From contig CBFDEM010000044.1 of NCBI GenBank assembly GCA_965603825.1, positions 310,001-374,000 on the forward strand: a DNA stretch of 64,000 nt, read 5' to 3'. Below the pieces are notes generated by a model. That model saw only the letters and a list, made by a program, of their open reading frames with translations, did no database searches and was not told the DNA's origin. Shown one piece after another: positions 12,301 to 24,697 of this stretch. A program made the translations under genes and the position numbers. How positions within the stretch are numbered: the first letter of the stretch is position 1; each line of letters begins with the position of its first letter. This DNA is from Blepharisma stoltei ATCC 30299 (taxonomy: Eukaryota; Protista; Ciliophora).

Positions 12301-12705
12301 ATGGATAAAAACTCAGAAGACCTGGATATAAGTGACAGAGAACTCTTAGAAGAAGATGATGACGCAAATCTTGACGAAGAACAAATCAGACTGCAATCAA
12401 TTTTAGAAAGAGCTACAGAAGAGCAAAGGGACAGATATGAAGTCATGCACGAGACTTATTTATGAAGTCCTACGATAAGTGCTTCGAATGAAAAGCTAGA
12501 AAGAATTGTCGCTGGGATTATTGGGGGGACTCCACAAAAAGATATTTTATCAGCTGTAGCGGCGGCTGCAAAAATTTATGTAGGAGAGTTGGTGGAAGAA
12601 GCGCTAGAAGTAGCCAAAATTAATGGAGATGTAGGCTGCTTGGCAACTAATCACGTTCAAGAGGCGAGGAGAAGACTGAAAAAGATATCGAAAAGAATTT
12701 TGTAA
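12301..12705 (+). CDS. TAF11: TFIID subunit TAF11-like histone-fold protein (absent from ORF track)
   Basis: EEQRDRYE, AAAKIYVGELVEEALEV and HVQEARRRL match the TAF11 histone fold. One TGA at 12463; TAA 12703. Confidence 0.85.
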
Positions 12706-12838
12706 TGATACCACACATAAGATAAATAAATTTATATGGAAACGAGCAAATTTAAGATTTCTATGGTTAGGCAGTTGGATAAGAATTTATTATTGGATTA
12801 AATGAATGATAGATAAAATTATTTAACTTATTAACAAG

Positions 12839-13747
12839 TTAGATTCTTACGACTTCCATAAGAAATGTAAATAATCCAATTCCCAACAAATAAGAAAAAT
12901 ACTTTTTGTATTTATGAGCAGGGTTGGAAAACTCGTCAACTATTATATCAGAGCACGATATATAGAGAAAAGTTCCAGTGCATAACCCTAGAAATACTGC
13001 ATCTAATAATGGCAGCTCCATGCTTGACATTCCTATTCCTGCTGCAATTCCAATAGGTTCTGATACCACAAATGAAATCATTAGTGGCAAACTTTGCGCT
13101 TTTGGAAGATCTTTTATGTTAATACCTAACGCAAAAGCTGCGAAAAAATGATGCAGCAATACTGCTAACGCGATATTGAAAAAATGTGCTTCTGTCTTTT
13201 GCAATCCAATTGCAATGCCTTCTAATAAATTATGCATCGTTAGTGCTGCTGCCATAACTAGTCCTGATATTAAATCTTGTGAAAAAATATTTTCAGCGTC
13301 TATTTCGTCTTTCTCTAGTAATGGAGAAAAACAATTTTTTAAAAATTCTTGTGAAATTGAATCTGTGTATGAGGTTTTTCTGCTTTGATTTTTGAACGAA
13401 ATAACATTATCGTCGGCTTCGCTGCTGTGAATATTAATTATATGATGGTTTTTTGAGGCAAATCCTATTTTCTCAATATACAATATCAAAGAATAGCCGC
13501 ATAGGACCAAAATATTCGCCAAATTATTGGTTGACCCCATGACTTCATGGGCTCGCTTTGTTGCTTCTGGAAGTAAATCTACAAGGGCAACCGACAGAAA
13601 AATTCCTCCAGAAAAGCAGGTTCCAAGATTGGCTCATACAAGACCTTTGCGGAAAATTTTTGAATAAAGAGGCAAAATCCCTACTGCTAAGGCTAAAAGT
13701 CCGATCATCAGTAGATATAAGACTTTCATAATAAGCAAATCATCCAT
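12839..13747 (-). CDS. ZIP family zinc/iron transporter, paralog 1
   Basis: ATG 13747 (MDDLLIMK). FSGGIFL...DLLPEA, HNLLEGIAIG, HHFFAAFALG, GTFLYI. TGA 13634-13636. Confidence 0.93.
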
Positions 13748-14427
13748 TATATTTTTATTATAAGATCTATTTAACTGAATAATTTATAGTTAAGATAAAA
13801 GAATTTAAAATTTCCCCATGTCATTTATGAGAATAAGTGGTGATAAAAAAAATCAACCTTGCGATTTTAAGGAAAACTTCAAAATAAAATTATTAGAGCA
13901 AAAATGGGCTTTTAATGCCATTAAAATAAGAAGGTATTAGTTCTCACAGAATTCTTGATAATTATCAAAAGAAATCTAAAAAATGCACAGTTAGCTTTAT
14001 ATATTAAAAAATAGTTGAGCCTAGTCGGATAGAAACTAAGGATAATCTTCGAAATACCTATAATTAGATTAAGCAGTCTATTTTGGCTTTTAAATAAGAT
14101 TATGGCTATTAGACGTGATAAAATGAAATTTGAAGTATTTAAAATTGATTAAATGCTGCCTATAAAATAAAGTAAGTGTTTGAAAATATTTCAATTATAT
14201 ATAGCTTTTAATCCAGAATAAATATCTAAAATTAATCTTAACTTTAAAAATTTATTTGATTGAAGGTTGTACCTGGACTTAAAATCATTGAAATTCTTTC
14301 AGCAGACGTTTACAGGCTTATCTATTTAAAAATTCGAGATTAATTCACCATATTAAACTTTATCCATATTTTAAGTTACAATTTAGTACAGATACTTTCA
14401 GAATTTGCAATTAAATCCAGTATTATT

Positions 14428-15336
14428 TTACTCGTGAAAAATTGTGATCAAAGATACAAATAAAACTACTCCAAGGAGGTAAGAAAAATATTTTTGGTAT
14501 TTATAAACTGAATGAGAAAATTCTTCGACTATAATTTCTGAGCATGATATATACAGAAATGTCCCTGTGCACAGGCTCAAAAATATAGCGCTTAGAATAG
14601 GAACATCAGCACTTGACATTCCTATTCCAATAGCTACACCTATAGGCTCAGATAGTACAAAAATAGATAGCAATGGCAAACTTTCTTTTTTATCTAGATC
14701 TTTTATATTTATTCCAAGTGCAAAAGCAGCAAAGAAGTGATGAAACATAACAGCTGTCACTATATTAATGAATCCTGCTTCATCACTTTGTAAGCCTACA
14801 GCAATTCCTTCTAATAAATTGTGTATAGATAATGCAATAGCCAAAATAATCCCAGAAATCGAATTAGATGATTCTACGATATCAGGACTTTCTGGCTCAT
14901 CATCAATCAAATTATCCTTGATATCTTCAAGAGTGATAGAAATTGAGTTTATCTCTAACTTTTTCTGTGGGATTGCCATAGATATCGTCGTTTCTTTTTT
15001 CATATGAACAGTGCTATGATGGTGATGGCGATGGTGATGCTCAGAGCTAAAAGCCAATTTCTCTATAAAAAGGATCAAAGAATAGCCTGTAAGAACGAGC
15101 ACGCTGGCTAAAGGAAAGCGGGAGCCTATGGCTTCTTCAGATTTTTTAGTTGCTTCTGGTAGAAGATCTGCAATTGCAACTGATAAAAAAATTCCTCCTG
15201 AAAAGCAGGACCCTAAATAAGCTCATTTTAATCCCTTGTGAAAAAATCGAGAGTAGATCGGCAAAATTCCGAATATCAGACCTCCAAAACAAATAATGAA
15301 TAAGAAAATTATTTTCATCATAAGTAACTCGTCCAT
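14428..15336 (-). CDS. ZIP family zinc/iron transporter, paralog 2
   Basis: ATG 15336 (MDELLMMK). Same motifs as paralog 1, with His-rich loop HHHRHHHH. TGA 15223-15225. Confidence 0.93.
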
Positions 15337-15491
15337 TATTCCTATTTTTACTCCTTTTAAAAAATTCTTTTAATTTTTATTAAATAAATGATCAGTCATA
15401 ATTTAATTATCTCCTTGAAGATTTTTAAGCTGAAGAATAAAGAAGAAGAAGACTGAAATAAAATAATCAGTTTTAAATTGATAATTATAGC

Positions 15492-16850
15492 TTATGATGG
15501 AATATTTTTGTCTTCTTCTAAAAATTCTTTCCAGTCTTTTACTTCTTGAGGAATTGTAGGAGCAACCTTCTTTTCAACCTTCTCTGGAAGCTTAGATCTA
15601 GTCATCTGCGGCCTTCCAACTTTTTTCACAACCCTTTTCTTTCTCATTTCTAATTTTTCATTTATTTCTTTCAATTTTTCTAAGTTTTTAAGCCTTTCTT
15701 GCTCAACTTTTTCTGATCTTCTAACTTTATCAATATCCTTTTCTATTTGCTTTAATTCTTTTTCACTCAATAAATTTTTCTTTCTAAGCAGCTGCTCAAG
15801 TTTATTTTCTATTTCCAACAGCATATCGAGATCTGTAGGATTATTGCTTGCATCACCACCAATTTCTTGATAAAGCTGAAATATTTGTTCTCTTATTTTC
15901 ATCATCGTCCTTTCATCAACCAAAAAATTTTCCTCTTTATCTGCACTTAATGCTTTAATTCTTTCTTTAAGTTTTTGTTTCTCTGACTTTAATCTGTTTA
16001 TATTAATTGCAATTTGCTCAAGCTTTTTATTAAGTTCATCTTTTTTTATTTCATTTTTTAGCCGAAGGGCTTCTAATTCAGTTTCAGCTTCTTGACCATG
16101 TTGAATTAAATTTACGTTTTCTTCTTCAAGAGATTTTATTCTAGCAATTAATTGTCAAGGGGATTTAAAGAATAATTGAGGAGTGTCTTGCTCTGTTAGA
16201 AAAGTTGGGTCTTTAGGGTCTGACGGTTTTTGAATGAACTCAGGAGGTGTAAGCTCATCTATGAATTTTTTATATTCTTCAAGCTGTTTTAGCTCTTCGT
16301 TTTTTCTGTCAAAAAGACCATTTTTCATTTCAATGTCATTTGCTAAATCATTTATCCTCGTCTGCTTCGATATTCTTTCATTTGTTTTTGCTTGAGCTTC
16401 TTGAGCTTTTTTCTCAGCTTCGATTTTTAAATTATCCTCATATTTATCGACAATTCCCATATTATCTTCAAGCATTTTTACATTGCTTTTGTGGGTTTCT
16501 TCTTCCGCTTGGATAATTTCTTCAAGGTATTTTGTTCTTTCTTTTTTATTTTGGATGCTCTTTTTAACAAGCAAGATTTCACGTTTTCGCTGAATAAATT
16601 CTCTGATAGTCTCTTTTTTGGAAGGAAATGAATATTTTGGGGCTGTGGAGGGTAGCGCTAATAGTTCCTTTGAATCTTCATAACGGATTTCTCCAAGAAC
16701 ACTTGGATGATGGTAAGAATCATAGTTGTGACGCTCTTGGATAGGAATTAGTTGACGATCCTTGCGTTCCATTTCTTCTTTGGCACGCTGGACTTCACGC
16801 TCATGATAAAGCTCTGGGTCTTTGTCTGGAAGGTAAAATGGGTTAATCAT
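15492..16850 (-). CDS. CFAP100/CCDC37-like (DUF4200) ciliary coiled-coil protein
   Basis: ETIREFIQRKREILL, YKKFIDELTPPEF, LFFKSPW(TGA 16155)QLIARIKSLEEENVNLIQ, KKVGRPQMTRS resemble CFAP100. Confidence 0.8.
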
Positions 16851-18029
16851 AATTTTTAAATAGGGAATTATTTAGATGATTAGAATTATTACAATATTAT
16901 TGCATCGCAATATATGAGAGCAACATTTTTATTGTTTATTTATGCCATATTAAAGATCTTATCCTAATTTATTCAAATAATTAAATACTTATAAATTTGT
17001 TCAATTATATTAGCAATTTAATTCGGCAAAAGATATATTTTCGCTTATATGTTGAGAGTATTTAAACAAAGCTAATTGAGTTTTAAATTATACTTAATTT
17101 TAAAAAGAGAGCTGCATGATAAATCAAAATAGTCATTTATATTTAGCAATTATTAATTTCACTATAATATTCTATAGATGAGCTTATATAAGTAGTGCTC
17201 CTACTGAAGTTTAGTATCGATTAGCATTTATTTTTCTATCAATAATCTTGTCTTTTCATGCTTAGGAAATCTTAGATTATTAGCTCTTATCATCAATTTT
17301 TTAATATATTTCAAGATTTTCCAATATACAGGTTGGTTAAGATATTTAAAATAGATAGGAAATAAAAATTTAGAATTCCTGATTTTAAGCTTATAGAATA
17401 TCCTCGAGTTTAGAAAGTAGTAAATATGGCTTAATTGCATGTGAATCTCTTTATGAATATAGGCGCATATATAAGTGCTTTATAAAACGAGATAAATCCT
17501 TACATATAATTTAATTTCCATTAAATTCTCACATTTAGGTCTAAAAATAGTTGACATTTATCCTTCAAAATTATTTTGGCAAAAGGGATTTTTGTCAGTA
17601 ATTTATCGAGCACATAAGAAATAAAAACATTTTTTTATCAAATATCCACTTTCCTTCAATTGAAATTCTTTCGCCATTTTAGAATTCTTATAATAAACGT
17701 GCAAAATAAAGGTATGGATTATTGTTGATTTAAAATGGCATTAAAATTCATAAACTCTTGCACAGAATCTCACAAAATCACACTTTGGTATATCTTTCTT
17801 TAAAAAAGATTTTCAATTATTCAGCAGAAAATGCCACAAAAAATAATTTTGGCGAAGTTTTTTCCTTAAAAATAAAAACGTTTCAGCAAAGCTCATTCCT
17901 AAGTTTTTGCATAAATAAAGCCTTTTTATTGTATTTTGTCTTATAATCTTTTATATTTTTTATCTAAAATTTCAATGATACAAAATTGATTTTTTAAATC
18001 AAATCCCTATCACTAATAATTATATCAAA

Positions 18030-18965
18030 ATGGACGACACACTCCTCATGCTAAAGCTGATCTTTATCTTTATTTTCGGAGTTGGAGCCTTATTATCAGG
18101 CTTATTCCCAATCTCCGCAAGTATTTTTAAAAAAAGCATAAAGTGGGCTAATATAGGGATCTGTTTTTCAGGAGGCATAATTTTGACTGTAGGCTTGGTT
18201 GACCTTTTCCCTGAAGCTTCAGAAAACGTCGCTGATGCTTTGGATAGTGATTTCCCACTGCCAAGCATTTTGGTCATTTGTAGTTACACCCTGATGCTTT
18301 TCCTTGAAAAAATTGTATTCACCAAGACCCATCATAGCCATGCATTTCATGATGAAAAGGAGGAAGAGGAGCACGATGATAGGACTCCGCTGATTTATGT
18401 ATCTTCAAGGAGGAGAAGTAATTCAGCACCAATATGTAGGCCTGATGAGACGCAATCGATGATTTCTTTTGATGAAACACCTGGAACGAAAGCTGATGAA
18501 AAGGATGAGGACGATAATGGGATTATAACTGGACTGATTTTGGCGCTGGCGCTTGGGATTCATAATCTTTTTGAGGGGATCGCCATTGGGTTGCAAAAAG
18601 ATGTCTCGAGCTTTATTGGGATTGCTACTGCTGTAATTCTTCATCACTTTTTTGCTGCTTTTTCATTAGGAATAAATATAAAAGGACTTAAAAAAAGTAA
18701 AAGCTTGCCTATGTTGGGCTCTTTTGTGCTCTCAGAACCTTGTGGAATTGCAATAGGGATTGGCTTATCGAGCTTAGAGGTCCCGTTGCTAAATGGTGTG
18801 TTTCTTAGCTTGTGCGTCGGGACGTTTATTTATATTTCATCTTCAGATATTTTAGCTGAGGAGTTTTCAATACCAAAACAAAAATATACTAAATTCGTAG
18901 CTTATTTGTGCGGAGTTGGGGTATTTTTGATATTACTTATAGGCGTAGAAAGATCGGTCGAATAA
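18030..18965 (+). CDS. ZIP family zinc/iron transporter, paralog 3
   Basis: Uninterrupted ORF with HNLFEGIAIG, HHFFAAFSLG and a His-rich loop. Confidence 0.95.
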   Translation: MDDTLLMLKLIFIFIFGVGALLSGLFPISASIFKKSIKWANIGICFSGGIILTVGLVDLFPEASENVADALDSDFPLPSILVICSYTLMLFLEKIVFTKTHHSHAFHDEKEEEEHDDRTPLIYVSSRRRSNSAPICRPDETQSMISFDETPGTKADEKDEDDNGIITGLILALALGIHNLFEGIAIGLQKDVSSFIGIATAVILHHFFAAFSLGINIKGLKKSKSLPMLGSFVLSEPCGIAIGIGLSSLEVPLLNGVFLSLCVGTFIYISSSDILAEEFSIPKQKYTKFVAYLCGVGVFLILLIGVERSVE

Positions 18966-19050
18966 TTTAATTTAATAAACTCGGTTCGCTTATTAATTTA
19001 TAATTGATAATTTCGATATTTTTATTAGTTTGTGAAATGAAATTATTTAG

Positions 19051-19974
19051 ATGGCATATATGACAACTGCTTATACTGAGAAAACAACTATTTCAGGTCA
19101 GCTTCGAAATATTAGGTAGATTTTATCTAGCATTGCAGCTTCAGAAATGCAAGGATGGAGAATTCATATGGAAGATGCAAAAATTGCAGAACTGAATTTA
19201 GATCATGATGGGTTTCTATTTGGAGTTTATGACGGGCATGGTGGCAGCGAAGTTTCAACTTATGTATCAAAACATTTGTGTAGTCTTTTATTGCAAAATG
19301 AAAATTATCAAGCTGGGAATTATGATATAGCCCTTCAAGAAACTTACTTAAAATTTGATGAACTTCTCCAAGAAGAAGATGCGATATCAGAATTAAAAAG
19401 AATTAGATTTAGTGTATACGGGGAGTATCCTAACTATGAATGCAATGCTGGATCAACAGCTCTAACAGCATTAATAAAAAGCAATAAAATTTACGTCGCA
19501 AATTCTGGAGATTCCAAATGCATATTAGTTAAGGGTGGAGAAGCTTTTTCAATGTCTTGTGAGCACAAACCAGAATATGAAATAGAACTTAATCGAATAA
19601 AAAACGCAGGAGGAATTGTAACGGATGGAAGAGTTAATGGAAATCTAAACTTGAGCAGGGCAATAGGAGATTTTGATTATAAGCAAAACAGGGAATTATC
19701 ACCCCAGGAACAAATGATAACGGCATTCCCTGATATTGCAATCCAAGAAATCACTCCAGATTGTGACTTCTTGGTACTCGGGACTGATGGAGTTTGGGAG
19801 TTGCTAACTAATCAAAGTTGTTTGGAGTCTATATATCAAGGGCTGAGAGATAGAAAACCACTTACCACGATTGTTGAGGATTTGCTAGATCAGTGCCTTA
19901 CTCCGGATTACTATGCTTATTCAGGGCTAGGAACTGATAATATGACATGCATAATTGTTAAATTTCATGACTAA
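19051..19974 (+). CDS. Protein phosphatase 2C (PPM family), 2 exons
   Basis: ATG 19051, intron 19116-19130. MQGWRIHMEDA, DGHGG, LSRAIGD, TDGVW, DNMT. Confidence 0.95.
19116..19130 (+). other. 15-nt intron
   Basis: GTAGATTTTATCTAG in PP2C. Confidence 0.88.
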
Positions 19975-20061
19975 TTAAAAATAATTTCTTTTTCAGAAAA
20001 TGTCATGGATTATCCTTAAAGATGAAAAATATTAAAAGCTTAAAATATTTGAGCAAATATA

Positions 20062-21633
20062 TTAAAAGACTACACAGCGGCTGCATCTACAATTTTCAAA
20101 TTTCCCATCTTCAGATCTAGGAGTTCTTCCCTCAAGATAAGAATTATAAGCTATAAAATCAACCCGAGAGATTGGTAACACCGACCCTTTTCCAAATTCA
20201 CTAATTTCTGATTTTAAAGTAGCATCAATAGTTTCCGTAGTAATCCTCGACTCCATTAATGCGAATTGCTTTTGTATGTCTTGTATAGATAAATTGCATT
20301 CTTTTGGCGAATCTAATGGGGTTTTGTTTTCATTAAGATTGCGTTTTTTTATTTTTGGGGATTTTTGAATTATATCAATAACTTCTATGGGATAAAAATC
20401 TAAAGATTCACTATAATCAATGACAGATTTTCTATTTGTTTGATCTTGGAAAGGCTGTAAAGCATTTGAAGACTCACTGAGTGTTAAAGAATCTGAATAA
20501 ATTTTAGGAAATCGTTCAACAACGGACAAATTAAAAGGAGTTATCACCTCACTTAATCTTTGGGTTGAATTTGATTGTTCATCAGAATGGGAGTACTCTA
20601 AATCTGAGCTGCAGGTAAGCAGTTGGTTTTTATGAGAATCATTTTCAGACTCAAAGGTAAAAAGATAGCTGTTTTCCATAGCTAGAGGGGTGTCTGAAAG
20701 TGAGCCAGCTTCATTTAATTCTTCTTCACTTAAATCCGTATTTAAATGTAATTTTATTTGATAGGACTTTGGGCTATGAAAATGCTTTGAGGGATGGATC
20801 GCCAGGATATCAATTAACGGCTTTTCTAATATTTTAAAAGAGGATTTTTGGACTATGACTGAGATAGAGCTAGTTGGAGGCTTTTTAATTAGATAATCTC
20901 TTTGTGCTCACATTGGAATAGTATTTTCTTGATGAAATGAATCTGAGCTCCTCCCTGACCTATCTGTATCTCCTTTCTCAGAATCACTTTTAGATGACGG
21001 GACATAAAATAAACTTTTAGCCTCTTGCAGAGCAAAAAGGAGCTTTTTTGCTGGGATTTTTGAAGAAGTATAAATAAAATTTGCAATTTCTTCAATAATA
21101 ATCAAAATCCCTTCTTCTGTAATTTCTGCTGCACTTAATAAGCGTTGATCTTTAAATATTAGCTTTGCCGCTAAAGCTGTGCAATAAGACTTGGGATAAT
21201 CTTCAGTTATAGCTATTGTTATTATCTCAATCTTACTTTTGCTTGACACAGAAGCTGTTATCTTTGCAATTTCATCAGTTAAATCATCAGTAAAAGTAAA
21301 GCAAGTAATATTTATATTTGTTAATTCTTTTTCTAATACAAAAAGCTTCCAGCTTTCCATAAGTATCAGAATTCTTGAATTTTCTCACAAATTTAAATCG
21401 CTTGGAATAGTTGACATTACAATGAAATCTTTGGGAGCAATAGATCTAGCTAGAATTTACCTAATATAATGGTGAATCAGTTGATAAGTTGCTTCAATTT
21501 TATACTCGACTCGTAAGAGGTCAGTGAGATGAATATTTTCTGAAATTTGCAAATCCAGCCCAGCGTTTATTAGTATTTCGTCGTTATAATTACAGCTTGA
21601 ATAATTTTCATCTGAGGAAGTTCTGTAGTTCAT
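20062..21633 (-). CDS. Hypothetical protein with C-terminal CaaX (CRCSRCVVF), 2 exons
   Basis: ATG 21633, intron 21446-21460 and two TGA (one at 20908-20910) join the 20908 and 20062 ORFs into one frame. Confidence 0.75.
21446..21460 (-). other. 15-nt intron
   Basis: GTAAATTCTAGCTAG on the minus strand. Confidence 0.8.
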
Positions 21634-22008
21634 TTATTAGCATTTTATTAGAATCTAGACTATTAAGCAGGGCTAGCTTTTCTTAAGAAATTATGAAAAT
21701 ATATGTATCAGATTCAAAAAAATAATCAGCAATCATTTGACACGCTTCTCTCATCATAATAAATATATATATTTTAATCCATTCTTTTCTTTACGAGTTT
21801 TCTTAGAAAATGCTTTTATTTTGAAACTCTAATCCTATATGATAAAAACTTGCTTAGCCATATAGACTATTTTCATTCTCTGAGCTATAAATCAATTATA
21901 AACTCATAACAGTAGGCTTCTGATGCTAGGGTGATGCAATAGTTATGATCCATTTTAATATTAAAAATATAAAGAGCAAATATATCTCTAATTTTGTTTA
22001 AAATTGAA

Positions 22009-23166
22009 TTACATTTTCATAAAATCTGCAAGGCTAATTCTCCCTTTTCTAAACTTATTTTCTTCTTTTTTAGCTTCAGTCTTTTTCTTCTCTAAGCTAT
22101 TAATATTAGTACCAATATCATCCTGCTCATCAATAATATTAAACACATTAACGGTCTTCTGTTGGGCTTCTTTTTTGGAGTCTGCTTCAAACAGTTTTAT
22201 AGCATCTTTTAATTTATCTCTAGTGATTTGGAATAGCTTTAAAGCCTCTTTATATCGTTCAATTTTTTTAATGAGCATCTCAATTTTTAATTCATGAAAT
22301 TGTATTTTGGAGTCTTTTAAATCTTGCTCTAAAATAGATAATGTCCCGATGATTACTTTCATCTTATCATCTGAATCCCTAAGATGAGCTTTATACTGCT
22401 CTACCAGCCTTCTTTTTTCCGTTTCATCAAATTCATCTTTCTTTTTAGCTTTCATTACAATACTTAGCAATCTTTGAAAAATCGGTTTTAAATCCATCAA
22501 TAAATTTTTTCTAGTCTGTTTCGGTTCATTTAATTTATCAAGATCCGCTTCTTCTTTATTAATAAGAGAAGCCATTGCATTTCTTAATTTATATAGCTCA
22601 TGAGTTTGGCCGTCTAATTTTCCATCTTTAGACACATTAAAATAGCTTAACTCTTCGCTATGAGAAATTGGAGTTTCTATTGTTGAGACTGTGAGTGAAG
22701 GTAGTGACGCTTGCTTTCTGTGAAGATTTTCAAGTAAACCAAAATTTCTTGTATTAATCATTGACATAGAAATGTTATAAATGCTGCTTACGTTTAAATT
22801 TTGATATTTTGTTTTGCTTTTATTTTGGCGCAGCCTTATAATTTCACCCTTAATGTTCTCATCTTCTAAAGTCATTCCGTTATAGCTATTTGACCTTTGA
22901 TGGCGCTTTTCTACTTCTTGATCATGCAGCTTCATTGTAATGTTTTGAATTTTGCTATTTTTTTTGAATTTCTTTTTGGAACGCTTCGGTATGCACTTTT
23001 TCTTTAGTTGCAGCTTATTAGAGCTAATTGGAGGAAGATAGCTATGGCAGCTTGGAGTTCGGCTAAGTGAAATATCTATATTTGTTCTGGATAGATCAGG
23101 AGGATTCTCTTCGTCAAAAGAGATTATGAAATTTTTAGTCGGACCATAGACATAAGAAGCTTGCAT
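22009..23166 (-). CDS. Hypothetical coiled-coil protein
   Basis: 385-aa ATG-to-TAA ORF with a K/E-rich C-terminal half. Confidence 0.75.
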   Translation of the reverse strand: MQASYVYGPTKNFIISFDEENPPDLSRTNIDISLSRTPSCHSYLPPISSNKLQLKKKCIPKRSKKKFKKNSKIQNITMKLHDQEVEKRHQRSNSYNGMTLEDENIKGEIIRLRQNKSKTKYQNLNVSSIYNISMSMINTRNFGLLENLHRKQASLPSLTVSTIETPISHSEELSYFNVSKDGKLDGQTHELYKLRNAMASLINKEEADLDKLNEPKQTRKNLLMDLKPIFQRLLSIVMKAKKKDEFDETEKRRLVEQYKAHLRDSDDKMKVIIGTLSILEQDLKDSKIQFHELKIEMLIKKIERYKEALKLFQITRDKLKDAIKLFEADSKKEAQQKTVNVFNIIDEQDDIGTNINSLEKKKTEAKKEENKFRKGRISLADFMKM

Positions 23167-23719
23167 CTGAAAATTTATTCATTTATAGACAAGCTGGCGA
23201 ATAATAAAATTTTGAGGAGAAAACAGATAGATATAATAGAAATTTATAATTTTTGAGAGAAATAAAATAAGAATGATTTGCTCTTTATGAAGTAAGACTC
23301 ATAGTATTTAAAGACTATGCTAATTTATATAAATTATAACTTTTAATTTTAGGAACCTATTAATACCTTGCATTAAACTTTGGATTGATTTAATAAATGC
23401 ATACAAAGCTTGCTTCGCCTTCATTAGTTTAATTAAGTTTTGCTTATTCCATTTATAATAATAAATTATCACAATTTTATTTTCATAGATTACACACATT
23501 CTAATCACGATTGCTGTCAAAAAGAGTATGCAATATTGCTAAAATTAATATCTAAAAATAATTGATTAGACCCCCAATATAATGAATTCAAATAAAGAGA
23601 AGAACAACAGTCATAAGAGAGTCCACAAAAAGCTGCAGAGTAAAAGGCAGCAAATTAAAACTCAAATTTTCAATTTGAAATGACTCTATGATTTTAATAA
23701 TAAAATCTATTTCACAAAA

Positions 23720-24604
23720 ATGCTGAATGTAAATATGTCCTTATTGAATCCGAGCACTCCTGCATTTGAGCCTTTGTCATTTAAATTTATTCCTCCTCAG
23801 CAAAATGAATCAATGATAAAAAATGTATGAAAGCACAATTTAAAGTCTGAAATTCTCATTATTTCAAATCTACTTGAAAATTATCCCTACGTTGCAATGG
23901 ATACTGAATTTCCAGGTATTATCGTAAAAGCTCAAGGAGAATTAAGAGACATACAATACCAAAACATTCGCCATAACGTTGACCGCTTAAAACTTATACA
24001 GGTCGGCATTACTTTATCAGATGGACAAGGCAATTTCCCATCAGGCATCTGCACATGACAGTTTAATTTTGACTTCGATTTATCCTCAGATGCTTATTCA
24101 GAAGACTCAATCCAATTACTACGACAGTCTGGCATTGACTTCGACAAGCATGCGACTGATGGAATTTCACACTTTGAGTTTGCTGAGTTTTTTACTGTGT
24201 CTGGTCTGTGCCTAAATGAAGATATTTCATATTTAACTTTTCATAGTGGCTATGATTTTGCATATTTACTTAAAACTGTGACAAATCAAAAATTACCTGA
24301 AACACAAGATGAATTTTATAAGCAGCTTTCGCTGTATTTTCCTGTCTTTTTTGACATAAAATTCATGGTGCAAGGAATTGATAAGTACAGAGGAGGGCTA
24401 AGTCGAATTGCAGAAGAAGTAGGAGTGAGACGATTCGGGAGGATGCATCAAGCAGGAAGCGATAGCTTGGTTACGCTTGAAACGTTCTTTACAATTAAAA
24501 ATGAAGAGTTTTCTGAAGTTAGTTTAGAAAAGTATGCTAATACGATTTGCGGATTAGCCCCAAATAGTCAGAACCAAGAGTTTTCGCCTAGTTTTGCAAG
24601 ATAA
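23720..24604 (+). CDS. CAF1: CAF1/POP2 (CNOT7/8) DEDD deadenylase
   Basis: IKNVW(TGA 23828), AMDTEFPG, CTW(TGA 24056)QFNF, FHSGYDF, HQAGSDS. An in-frame upstream ATG at 23582 is an alternative start. Confidence 0.95.
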
Positions 24605-24697
24605 TAATTTACATTTTTAGTTATATTTCTTATTTATCAATTTTTTGAGCTTTTGCGAAAATTTATTTAGAATGCTTAATTAGAATAACAGTTTATA

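Noticed and set aside
17228-17946. AT-rich 60-70 aa ORFs in the ZIP/CFAP100 spacer (also 23320-23520 and 33110-33298)
   Set aside because: Composition matches intergenic DNA, most have non-ATG starts, and there are no motifs.
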